Shown: one piece after another, positions 1 through 10,636 of the stretch
Numbering within the stretch: position 1 is the stretch's first letter
Layout: each line of letters begins with the position of its first letter
Assembly: GCA_964016885.1 (NCBI GenBank)
Contig: OZ024741.1
Span: 311,364,001 to 311,428,000 of the forward strand
Source of the DNA: Eledone cirrhosa
Taxonomy: Eukaryota
Direction of reading: 5' to 3'
DNA: 64,000 nucleotides
Made by a program: the position numbers and the translations under genes
Notes under the pieces: model-generated
Databases searched by the model: none
What the model was told of the DNA's origin: nothing
What the model saw: the letters and a program-made list of their open reading frames with translations, nothing else

Positions 1-596
1 GAAGTTTGGTGTAGTGCTGTAAGAGAGTTTGATGGTATTTTTGTTAATTATGTTGTGGTAGCGGTGTTGTAGTGGGAAGTGTTTTTCAATGAGCCTAAAG
101 AATAGTTTCCCGATGAGAGTTGTCACCTCTGCGTTGTGGGGAGGATTGAACCATGTTACATTGCGTGAGCGGCGGTGTCTCCTGCTGGTTCCGCTAATGG
201 GAGCTGGACAGTAGGATATTTCCTCCCGGAAACCACTCCGCTTGAGGGCCTGGTTGTAATAAGGCGCATGTTCATCGAATATCCGCTCATTAGCTGACAA
301 ACGGGATATGCGGAGGGAGATGTTTTTGACCAGGTTGTTGGTGATGTTCCTAGTATGGTTTGATCGGCGGTCGATGTAGTGCAGGTTGTCATTAGGTTTC
401 CTGTATGGATAGTACAGGTCGTTTTCGAGGTCGAGGGTCACGTCCAGGAAGTTTACTCGGGTCAGGGACGTTTGTAGGGTTATTTTAAATCCCCAGTCGC
501 GGACGAAGCTGATTAATTGTTTCCGGACCCGATCTGTACTACTGGGGTTGTACCCTTTAAGGGTAAGGAGCCCATCATCACGGTACAATCCACCAC
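1..596 (-). mobile_element. Inverted duplicate of the RT/thumb segment of the adjacent Penelope-like element (runs off the window edge)
   Basis: 1-596 is the reverse complement of about 883-1478 with only scattered substitutions. ORFs 156..392(-) and 1087..1323(+) give near-identical peptides. Confidence 0.92.
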
Positions 597-797
597 TAAA
601 TTCATACAGTTCGACATAGAGAGCTACTATGATTCAATCACCTTACCGCTACTTACTGCCGCCTTGGAATTCGCGGAAACACTTGTGCCCATCACCGACC
701 AGGAAAGAAAAATCATCCTCCACGCCAGGAAGACAGTCTTACTCTTTGACGACCTAAATGGATAAAAAGAGCTCCTGACTCACCCTTCGACGTCAGC

Positions 798-2027
798 ATG
801 GGCGCCACGGATTCGGCGGAGGTCACAGATCTTATAGGATTATTCCTAATAGCCAAACTCACTGATATGTTTCCTGCATTCGGTGGTGGATTGTACCGTG
901 ATGATGGGCTCCTTACCGTTAAAGGGTACAACTCCAGTAGTACAGATCTGGTCCGGAAACAATTAATCAGCTTCTTCCGCGACTGGGGATTTAAAATAAC
1001 CCTACAAACGTCCCTGACCCGAGTAAACTTCCTGGACGTAACCCTCGACCTCGAAAACGACCTGTACTACCCATACAGGAAACCTAATGACAACCTGCAC
1101 TACATCCACCGCCGATCAAACCATCCTAGGAATATCACAAACAACCTGGTCAAAAACATCTCCCTCCGCATATCCCGTTTGTCAGCTAATGAGCGGATAT
1201 TCGATGAACATGCGCCTTATTACAACCAGGCCCTCAAGCGGAGTGGTTTCCAGGAGGAAATATCCTACTGTCCAGCTCCCATTAGCGGAACCAGCAGGAG
1301 ACACCGCCGCTCACGCAATGTAACATGGTTCAATCCTCCCCACAACGCAGAGGTGACAACTCCCATCGGGAAACTATTCTTTAGGCTCATTGCAAAACAC
1401 TTCCCACTACAACACCGCTACCACAACATAATTAACAAAAATACCATCAAACTCTCTTACAGCATTACACCAAACTTCGCACAAAACATCGTCTCCTCTA
1501 ACAACAAAAAACTCAACCCCGATGGCAGAAATAACCTAAATAGCAGTGGAGAACCGACCAGGAGGTGTAACTGTCCGGATAGATCCATTTGCCCACTCGG
1601 CAATAGATGCAGAGACCGTAATGTGATCTACCAGTGCAACGTGAGGACGGATACCTCCAACAAAGCCTGTATAGGACTTACCGCATGTGACTTCAAGACC
1701 CGGCTATACCAACATAGACATACCTTCCGAAACCCGGCCCGGCGTCACGCCACTACACTTTCGGGCCACAAATGGGACCTCAAGGACAACAACATCACCT
1801 ATGATCTCACTTGGAGATTACTGTCCAGAGCCAATTCTTACGCGGGAGGACGCCGTCCGTGTAATTTATGCTCGGAGGAAACTTTACAAATGCTGTTTTC
1901 GACGGACCAACTCCTAAACAAGAAAGATGAACTGGTTACTGCATGTAAACATAGATTGCGTAGGACTTACCTCGCCCTCAAACCCCATAATGACCCGGCG
2001 GGGGGGGGGGGTAGACTAGGGCTATAA
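798..2027 (+). CDS. PLE reverse transcriptase C-half / GIY-YIG endonuclease ORF (409 aa, N-terminally truncated)
   Basis: ORF track 798..2027. Contains the YRDD catalytic motif, thumb region, CxCx5Cx4-5C linker and GIY-YIG domain. Confidence 0.85.
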   Translation: MGATDSAEVTDLIGLFLIAKLTDMFPAFGGGLYRDDGLLTVKGYNSSSTDLVRKQLISFFRDWGFKITLQTSLTRVNFLDVTLDLENDLYYPYRKPNDNLHYIHRRSNHPRNITNNLVKNISLRISRLSANERIFDEHAPYYNQALKRSGFQEEISYCPAPISGTSRRHRRSRNVTWFNPPHNAEVTTPIGKLFFRLIAKHFPLQHRYHNIINKNTIKLSYSITPNFAQNIVSSNNKKLNPDGRNNLNSSGEPTRRCNCPDRSICPLGNRCRDRNVIYQCNVRTDTSNKACIGLTACDFKTRLYQHRHTFRNPARRHATTLSGHKWDLKDNNITYDLTWRLLSRANSYAGGRRPCNLCSEETLQMLFSTDQLLNKKDELVTACKHRLRRTYLALKPHNDPAGGGGRLGL

Positions 2028-3117
2028 CACCCCACTTGCCGATTTTGCAATGGGTAACCCCTGCTTGCCAAGGGAGACGTAAGATCTTTTTATTCTTTTA
2101 TCGCTTCCTTTATTTCCTTCCCCTCATCCCTCCTTAGTCCTTCTACCCCAGCTCTTCTTCTTTGTCGGCGTCTTTTCTCGCCCACCCGAGGCTGCCCTTT
2201 GGCCCCTTGTAGCCTTAGTACCCCCACCCCCTCCCATAGTCTATGATAGATTTGGCGGACTCCGCTTTTTATAGCAGTTGGTTTAGACCCCGGATACTTG
2301 CCCACTATTTTCCGTGCCTTCTATATTTCTTAGTGGCACTTATGCCTTATTTTCTCGTTTCAGTATTTCTTTCCTCGCTTTTCTTTTGGGCGGGGTGGAT
2401 TCTGAATTTATTTTTCCGTATTCTACCTTTACTGCGTACGAACTTTCATGTAGCTTGTTTAAGATCTTTTAAAGTTAGCATTAGTATATGTATATATATA
2501 TATATTTTTTTTTTTTTCCGGGACTCAGAATTATTATCTCGTACTAGTTTTCTTTGCTGCACTGGGTGGTTGCTGGCATTGTGCCCGGGATAGAAACCTT
2601 TATTATTTATTTCGTGGTAGTCTCTTTAGTATTTTGGCCCCTTCTGTTGACCTGTCACCGTATGATTTACGTACTTATACCTCTTAAAAGGGTCCTTGCC
2701 TATACCGTCCCACCTAGTTCATTTACTTATTTCGTTATTTCTTTCTTTCTTTCTTTACTTGTTTCTTTCTTTATTTATTCATTTATCTAGCCTAACAATA
2801 GCTAGAGACTTAGGTCGTAGAACTTGCTTTACTTTTTTTCTTTACACTTATTCGGTTTTCTTCACTCCCAGTATTTTTTCTTTCATATATATTTTTACCC
2901 CTCATTGTTCTACCTACCGTTCCGACTTCCTCCCCCTCCCCAGTATCTTCTTTGACCTCATGCCCAGCCGTAGCTGGCACTACCAACGCTTAATTGGGTC
3001 TACTCCACCCCTCCCCTCTTTCTCCTACTGGCAAGTTTAGCCACCATCTCCCCTACTAATTTGCAATCACAGAATTACTACTTACTTTTGACAATCACTT
3101 TGACCATATATGGAATT

Positions 3118-3211
3118 ACCCCTTGAGAAGATCGGCTATTTAAATACCAGGATAAATTTTCATTTAGTCCAGAATTAGCCGTCGAAACGGCTTGAGCTCA
3201 GCCGTCGGGGT
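3118..3211 (+). ncRNA. Type I hammerhead ribozyme with U3-A8 variant core
   Basis: Stem I ACCCC/GGGGT; core TTGAGAA; stem II GA(T)CGGCTA/TAGCCGTC; GAAA; stem III ACGGCT/AGCCGT; GTC cleavage triplet ending at 3206. Confidence 0.8.
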
Positions 3212-3302
3212 CTTACTGGTTCCTATTACCCACTCTACTACCCAAAGTATTGAGTACTTTGGTGCGTTATGGACCACCTGGTTCCTTACGACATTTCCTT
3301 CG

Positions 3303-3336
<34 letters not shown>

Positions 3337-3340
<4 letters not shown>

Positions 3341-6100
3341 GTTGGGACAGTAACCTGACAACAAAAAACAAAAAACGTGGAAGCGAAGAGGCAGTACAAA
3401 TGTTAATGTTAGTTTCACGCTTGAGAGTGGGAGTGGGAGACGAGGTTTCCGAGATAAGCCCTTCATCGGGAGAAAAGTGGGAAGAAAGTTCCGAGGTTGT
3501 GTGGGGGAGTGGTGGAAAGACATTAAAAAGGGGGTGGGGAGGATCTTTTTAGAGAGTAAAAAAAATATAAAATAAAAAGAAACAATTGGTGAAAGGGTGT
3601 GTGGCGTGTAGGGTGGTGGTGGGTGTGTCTGCGTGTTTGGATATGAGTGTGTGTATGGTAGAGTGGGTGTTAGTATTACTGGTGGTGAGGGGAGGGGTAA
3701 ATGCGGGTGTGTAAGTGGGGTTAGTGGTGGTAGTGTGGGTGTGGAGTGTGTGAGGTATCGGTGTGTACGTAGGTGTTGGTGGCTGTATGTGTGTTGGTGT
3801 GTGTTCATGTGTGTGTGGTGAGGGAGAAGGTGTGTTGGGTGTGTTCGTAATATTAGTGGTGGGGTGGTCAGAAGTGGATGTGTGGGTGGGGGTTAGCGGT
3901 GGTAGTAGGGTGTGTGAATAGTCTGAGTGCGTGTATATATGTACAGGTGGGTGTGTGTGTTGAGGGTGTGGATGCGCGTGTGCCAGGTGTAGGAGTGGGG
4001 ATGTTAGTATTAGTTGTGGGGTCGGCCGGGGAGGAGGGGGAGGGCTGGGAGTGGAGGGGCGGTGAAACTAGGGAGCGTGTTAGTAGTGTTAGTAGGGGAT
4101 GTGTGTATAGGGGAGAGGTCAAATGCTAAAGGAAGAAGGGTGGGAAATTCAAGCCGAGGTGTGTGTGGGTCTGTAGGGTGAAGGATTGTGTGTTGTTCGA
4201 CCGTGAGGCGGGTGGCGGGGGTCCTATGGTATTGGTTCAGGTCACAGACAGTGAGGTGGTGGGCGGAATGTCCAGGGGAAACAAAGTGGCGGGCGATGGT
4301 GGAACTCCCGCCGAGACAAATATTTCGAATGTGCTCCGTGAACTGTTCTGCCAGGCGACATCCAGTCTGTCCGACGTAGGTTGGAGGAGGTGCAGCGGGA
4401 GGCATGCCGGACAGAGTGAGAGTGACCCTTGGGACCCTGGAAGGTGGTGGGTTGGTGATGTGGGGGCAGGTGTGGCAGTGAGCTCTTGAGCAGGGAAGGG
4501 AACCGAGGGGGTGTAGGTAGCTGCAGACGAGGAGGGAGCGGAGATTACGCGCACGTTTGAAGCAGGGGGTGGAGGGGAAGATGGGGGAGATGGAAGGGTT
4601 GGACCTGAAGCGTCGGAAAAGGCGGAGGATGGTGTGGTGGATGGGCAGGGTGGAGGGGAGGTAGGTGAGGGGAATGGGAGACAGTGGGGGGGGGAGCGTG
4701 GGATGAGGGTTGTGGTGCGAGCGAGGGCAGCGTGGACGCGGGAGGGGGTAACCTCTCCGGATGAAATGACTGACTAGAGACAGGGCCTTGGACTCGCAGT
4801 CAGCCTCTCGACTTTGGGGTGGGAGGAGGTGAAGTCATGGTAGGAGTGGGAGTCGGTGGCTTTGAAGAAAGCGGAGGTGACGAGGGAGGGGTGGGAGGGG
4901 TCGATGGCGACGTAGATGTCCAAGAAGTGTGCCTGTCGCTTGGTGCGTCGCACGAATCGCTCGACATGGGCTCCGATGCGGAACTCGTCGCTGTACGGGT
5001 GTGTGTGGGGGGGGGAGTTTGTAGTCGAGATTGCAAATGGTGGAGAGGGAGGTGTGGAGGGAGTTGTGCACGAGGAGACGCGAGGTGCGGGTTAGGATAC
5101 GTAGAGGGAAGTGTGGAAGTGCAGTCGGAATCCAAGGGGGAAGAGGTGAAGGTAAAGGCAGGGGCTGAGGAAATGGATGTGGCTGGAATGCCGGGTTTTG
5201 ATGAAAAGGAGATAGGAGAGTTGGTGGGCCGAAGGGTGATAGATTGGGTGAGGAAATGTTTAAGGTTGGTGTGGAATTGGTGGAAAATTGTATTTCAGGT
5301 TGGGCATGGTGGGTGTGGAGTGTCTAAGAGGAGGCGTGGTCAAAAAGCAGAGGGGGGGGGGCGTTGGAAAAGAGGAGAAGTGTGTGATGCGAGGGGGGAG
5401 TGGAACGAAAGGGGTGAGTGCAAATAGGATAAATAGAGACGGGGTAGGAAAGGGGACGGAAAAATCAATGCAAAATTATCATAAACAGATGAAACTATAA
5501 ACAGAAAACCGTAAATGAAAATACATAAGTAGAAATAAACAAATGAAATAAAATAAACAAATGAAATAAAATAATCAGAAATAATTAAAAAATAGAAAAA
5601 TAATTAAAAAATGTACAGAAAATCGGAGACTGAAAGAGAGATGGTTTTGTGAGAGAGTTTGGGGAAAATCCAGAAGTTCGTCACGGGGTTGAGGCGGTAG
5701 TCGAAGGTGGTACTACAGGGTGACGTAGAGGCCGTGTTAGCGTGTATATATATATTTTAAAGTTGAGGCAGCAAACAGAAAACAAAAACAAAAACACAAC
5801 GTGGAAGCGAAGAGGCAGTACAAATATTGATATTAGTTCCACGCTTGAGAGTAGGGGTGGGGGACGACATTTCGGGCAGGAGAAAAGTGGACCGGAAGAG
5901 AGTTCCGAAGGTATGTAGGGAGTGGTGGAAAGACACTAAAAAAGGGGGGGGGGGAGAATATGGAGAAATATTTTTTAGAGAGTAAAAAAAATCAAAACTA
6001 AAAAGAAACAAGTGGTGAAAGGGTGTGAGGCGTGAAGGGTGGTGGTGGGTGGAGGAGCGTGGTTGTGGAGAGGGGAGAGGGAGACGGGGCGTCAGAGCGG
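3337..6100 (-). mobile_element. Internally deleted Poseidon/Penelope-type PLE flanked by pseudo-LTRs (about 3337-3620 and 5755-6100)
   Basis: GIY-YIG remnant TYVGQTGCRLAEQFTEH...IARHF..PGHS (4140-4400) and thumb remnant DFTSSHP (about 4820-4850). Direct terminal repeats are present, with a degenerate classic PLE hammerhead (CCGATGAAGGG...GAAAC) at 3436-3473(-). Confidence 0.75.
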
Positions 6101-6999
6101 GGAGGGCTGAAGGTGGCGTGTGTGTATATGTGTACGTGTGTTTGTGTGTGGATGTGAATGTGAGAGTTGGGGGAAGAACGAGGTTCCACGTTCGGGTAAT
6201 AGGGAAACCAGTTATACATAGGGTGGCATGTAAGTCGGTGTGTGTGTGCGTGTTGATGGAGAGGAATTAGAGGGTTTGTGGGAGAGGGGTCGTGTGGAGT
6301 CCGGAGGCTAAGTGTGTGTATGTGATGATATGCACGTGTCTGTGTGTTTATATGTGATGTGGAATTATGGTTGCGTGGTGCGAAAATAGTGTAAGTGTTA
6401 GTGTGTGTACGTGTGTTCCTGGATGTTTTTCCACAGACTATGAGACCGGATGTTGGAGATTGGGAGTGTGGCATGGTCGATGGCTGGAGCGATTGACCGG
6501 TGGTGTAAAATCCTGGTATAGTAGTGAGGAGGCTGACAGGTATAGAGATGGTCTGTATGTGGTGTGGGACGTGTGTATGTGTGTACGGAGGTGCGGTGGA
6601 CAGGGTGTGACAGGTGGAGTGAGAGGGTGGTGGTGTGGGGGTGTATATTAGTGGAGGTGTTAGTGGGATGTGTGTATGTGGGGGGGAGCGGGGATAGGGA
6701 GGTGGGGGGAGTAGGGTGGAGTGTAATGTATTGGTGTGTGTGTGTGCTTATTTAGATATGAGTGTGTTTGTGTGTGTTAGACTGGGTGTTAGTTTGACTG
6801 GTGGTGGGGGGAGGGGGTTGAATGCGGGTGTGTGAGTGGGGCTTAGTGGTGGTAGTGTGTGTGTTGTAGAAGGGGTGGTGTATCGGTGTGTACGTAGGTA
6901 TGGTTGAGTGTATGTGTGACGGCGTTTGTTCGTGTGTGTGTGGTGAGGGGGATGTTGGCTGGGTGGCTTCGGGCGGGGTTTAGTAATATTAGTGGTAGG

Positions 7000-7199
7000 N
7001 NNNNNNNNNNNNNNNNNNNNNNNNNNNNNNNNNNNNNNNNNNNNNNNNNNNNNNNNNNNNNNNNNNNNNNNNNNNNNNNNNNNNNNNNNNNNNNNNNNNN
7101 NNNNNNNNNNNNNNNNNNNNNNNNNNNNNNNNNNNNNNNNNNNNNNNNNNNNNNNNNNNNNNNNNNNNNNNNNNNNNNNNNNNNNNNNNNNNNNNNNNN
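7000..7199. other. Assembly gap (200 N)
   Basis: Run of exactly 200 n; the round length suggests a scaffolding join. Confidence 0.98.
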
Positions 7200-7452
7200 T
7201 GTATGTATTACCTGCTGTCATATAGAGAGACAGAGAGTAAAAGAAGTTAAATTATAGAGAGGGTGAAAGAGGGACAGAGAGACGATGCTCAGGTTTATAA
7301 TATTAGCGAGTGAAGAGCGACAGAGGGGAGTAAAGCAGTTAAATTATAGAGAGGGGGAATGACCTATTATAGAGAGCCGAATTTACATACGACGCTCATC
7401 TCTGCGGAAAGTAAAAGTGTGTTGTCATATGGAGAGTGAACGGAGACAGAGA

Positions 7453-8843
7453 GTAAAATAAGACAATTATTTGCTATTATGCTCACCTCATGTGGAATTG
7501 ATGAAGCTCATCTATTCTGGCAGGAGTACAAAAACATTATGTCGGACGACTATCTACACCTAGCCCGAAGACATCTTGGCAATATGTATATGGAATATAC
7601 CCCCAGGATTTACAATCAAGCTCTCTGTGACCTGTCCCATCGAGTTCAGGCAATGAATAGGACATTAGCTAACTGCGGGATGCCAGAGCCACATGAAGAA
7701 ATAGAGGTAGCAGGAGACAAACTACGATATTCAAGCATTGCGTAAGTTTGTGGGTGAAAATGAACATCGATTGATGGATGACCAGAAATACGCCTACCAC
7801 AACATCATCGAAAACGTTCAAAATGACAGGAGAAGACTTTTCTTCATCTTGCTCCTGCTGGCACAGGCAAGACATTCCTCATAAACCTCCTGCTTGAAAA
7901 AATTCGCCAAAAGCAACATATTGCCCATGCTGTGGCTTCATGTGGCATTGCAGCAACACTTCTGGATGGAGGAAGAACTGCACAATCCATGTTTAAGGAG
8001 CCCATAGATCTAACACGGCATAAACAATCTTTTTGCAACATCAAGAAGAACTCACCCAAGGGAAAGCTTCGGCAAACATGCAAGATGATAATTTGGGATG
8101 AGGCTACTATGAGCCATAAAGGAGCGATTGAAACTTTGGACCGGACGATAAGGGATCTGAGAGAAAATAGTTGCATAATGGGAGGAGTGACAATGGTTCT
8201 TGCTGGTGATTTCAGACAAACTCTGCCTGTAATTCTTCGAGGGACTGAATATTTGAACAGTCTTGGACAAGGGGCATTCCTCCACACAACCTGATACAGA
8301 AGCTTGGAGCATCGGTTATGCTACTTAGAAATCTGGATCCTCCAAAACTTTGTAATGGCACAAGACTCATCATCAAACATATGATGTCCAATGTTCTAGA
8401 AGTTGCATTCATGTCAGGAAAATTTGCTGGTGACAATTGTTTCATTCCCAGAATAACACTGAAGGCAACTGATTTGCCATTTAAATTTGAAAGACTTCAA
8501 TTTCCGATCAGGCTCAGTTTTGTCATGACCATTAATAAATCTCAGGGCAATCATAGAAAGTCGTTGGGTTGAATCTGGCAGATCCTGTCTTTTTGCATGG
8601 TCAAATCTATGTTGGCAAAACAAGGGTTGGGAACCCTGATTGTCTCTTCATTGTGGCACCACAGGGCAAAACCAAGAATGTTGTTTATCCAGAGGCTCTG
8701 GAATGAGCAATTTCGTAATTCCTTATTCAATGAGAATACACATTCCTTAGACATGTAATTTACAAGGAATTCTGAAGCCGCAAATTTACTTTATGGTGTT
8801 ACTTTGGAAGAATATGCAGGCATTCCCGGGTACCATTCCTTGG
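7453..8843 (+). mobile_element. Helitron 3' part (Pif1-like helicase pseudogene) with probable degenerate 3' terminus
   Basis: [61 protein letters not shown] and VYPEAL* across frameshifts. 7453-8155 is about 99% identical to 28760-29460. Terminus-like GGCATTCCCGGGTACCATTCCTTGG|T at about 8819-8843. Confidence 0.85.
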
Positions 8844-9084
8844 TTTGATGATCACGGATCAAAGGTTAGGGTATTCTGAAGTAATGGTGAATGCGCGTAA
8901 TCGGTCTTGCCTGAGTGTGTAATCATTCTATCTATTTACTAACTAGGTATTCTAATGTGCACTCAGCTGTGAGATCTCTGTGGAAACAGGCCGAGTAACG
9001 TTTGTAAGTGCTCAAACGATCTAAGCTGTCTAACTACCTGAGTGTGTGATTGTCTGTGTTTTGCTAATTGAGAGAACTCTATGG

Positions 9085-9545
9085 CTAATGTAGAGTGGGA
9101 GGAGTTAGTGGTAGATTACTTTCCAAAATCCTGCGGAAGGTTTTCGAGGTTGTATTTTGTCAGTTGCTGAAAAAATACGCTCTCCTATTGATTAATAGGG
9201 GGCCGCCTCTAATAATATTAAAGGTTTCAGCTATACATAAATTACAGACGCCAGTGCTGCCGTTATATGGCCGCGCTGAGCAAATTATGGACCAAGATAA
9301 GGAGTGCTCTATATACTGTTGTTTAAGCTTCCAGACTAATTCGGAAAGCGCAGTGCTATTTTTTAAATCTAATCTAATAAAGGCATGGCGGTGATTATAC
9401 CATCTATCCTTAAATTTAGTGGCAGTTGCTCCAATATACCTGAAGGTTCTATCTAAAGTGGAGACATTACAGTCGTAGACTATGTTTTTGGTGAGTCATT
9501 TCCCAGCCATGGGGCAATTTGCGGTGATCCTGCAATTACATTTTC
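9085..9545 (-). mobile_element. Hydra-type PLE GIY-YIG endonuclease fragment with two in-frame TGA codons at conserved Cys positions (not in ORF track)
   Basis: Manual translation from 9540: CNCRITANCPMAGK*LTKNIVYDCNVSTLDRTFRYIGATATKFKDRWYNHRHAF...STALSELVWKLK...LSWSII...VCNLCIAE...INRRAYFFSN*QNTTSKTF...LH*(TAG 9087-9085). It is collinear with the C-terminus of ORF 798..2027. Confidence 0.9.
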
Positions 9546-9665
9546 TGCAATTACATTCACGATAGCAGTCGACGTGTTTTGATGCTTGATTTCCATATGA
9601 GGGACTAAACTCTGTGAGTGAACATCGTTAATTTTCACCCTCATATCAAGGATTTGAAGAAAATT

Positions 9666-9752
9666 CATTTTCACCTGACGAGTTCAGTGATAATTGATCA
9701 TGGTTACAAGATCGATCTATCTCTTATTGAAACATGTGTCGTGATTAAAATG
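9666..9752 (+). ncRNA. Type I hammerhead ribozyme motif in an inverted pseudo-LTR at the 5' junction of the 9085-9545 PLE
   Basis: Stem I TCAC/GTGA extended by CATTT/AAATG; core CTGACGA; long stem II (GATA-ATTGATC/GATCGAT-C-TATC, base imperfect); GAAA; stem III ACA/TGT; GTC triplet ending at 9740. Confidence 0.7.
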
Positions 9753-9883
9753 ATTGGAAATGTATACCATGCCTTCGGATCTTTATTTTGATACATATAT
9801 ATATATATATATATACATATATAGTTCTAATAGTTCTAAATGCATATATATATATATACATATATAGTTCTAATAGTTCTAAA

Positions 9884-9946
<63 letters not shown>

Positions 9947-9961
9947 TATATATATATATAT

Positions 9962-9997
<36 letters not shown>

Positions 9998-10181
9998 GAT
10001 AGATAGATATATGCATTTAGAACTATTAGAACTATTTCATTCAAATGTAATAATCAGGAAACCCGTTTCCATATGAATTCTTTGGATGAAACTATTCTAG
10101 TCCTGTAGAAGCGATTTCTATATTAAATATCATATTTACACACACACACTCAAACACAAACACGCAGAGACACACGCAAAC

Positions 10182-10227
<46 letters not shown>

Positions 10228-10256
10228 AGTAAATACGTAACAAGATTTTGATATAC

Positions 10257-10393
10257 CTTGTTGGCAATCTTCACCAGTATAACCTGCAGAACATCCATCT
10301 GAACATGCTCCATTCAGCTTGTCACAGTTTACTATTGTTGAGGACAATGGCATTTCTCTGTACAATTAACACCAAAGTTTTCTATTCGGCATT
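10257..10393 (-). pseudogene. EGF-like (MEGF10/SCARF/Ced-1 type) exon, frameshifted
   Basis: AG acceptor at 10395-10394 and GTATAT donor at 10256. Reads ECRIENFGVNCTEKCHC..CDKLNGACSDGCSAGYTGEDCQQ. Length is 137 nt, i.e. 135 plus two 1-nt insertions relative to the 14669-14800 exon. Confidence 0.8.
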
Positions 10394-10528
10394 CTGAAAT
10401 ATATATAAGATTTCTATATTAAACATCATATTTTACACACACAAACGCAAGCACGCATACACCCGCACTCCCCCCCCCCCCCACACACACACAAACACAT
10501 ACGCGCGCGCACACACACACAACACAAA

Positions 10529-10636
<108 letters not shown>

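Larger units (their letters stand above)
597..3303 (+). mobile_element. 5'-truncated Penelope-like retroelement, Hydra-type (RT plus C-terminal GIY-YIG), with long 3' UTR ending in (TA)n
   Basis: RT motifs FDIESYYDSI (from about 597), MGA..SAE and LYRDDGL, followed by FLDVTLD, YIHRRSNHP and WFNPP. Linker is CNCPDRSICPLGNRC, the GIY-YIG-like motif is VIY...CIG, and CNLC follows. One frameshift near 760. A hammerhead motif lies near the 3' end. Confidence 0.9.

Noticed and set aside
517-765. 82-aa ORF upstream of the PLE ORF
   Set aside because: Chimera across the inversion junction at 596; only the part from KFIQFDI is real RT sequence.
8810-8877. SECIS-like pattern on minus (UGA-12nt-AAA-...-GA, AGAATA/TATTCT lower helix) downstream of the TGA-containing PLE
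   Set aside because: The first base is U rather than A/G, helix II has three mismatches, and the fold straddles what looks like the Helitron 3' terminus (about 8819-8843), so it is probably a junction coincidence.
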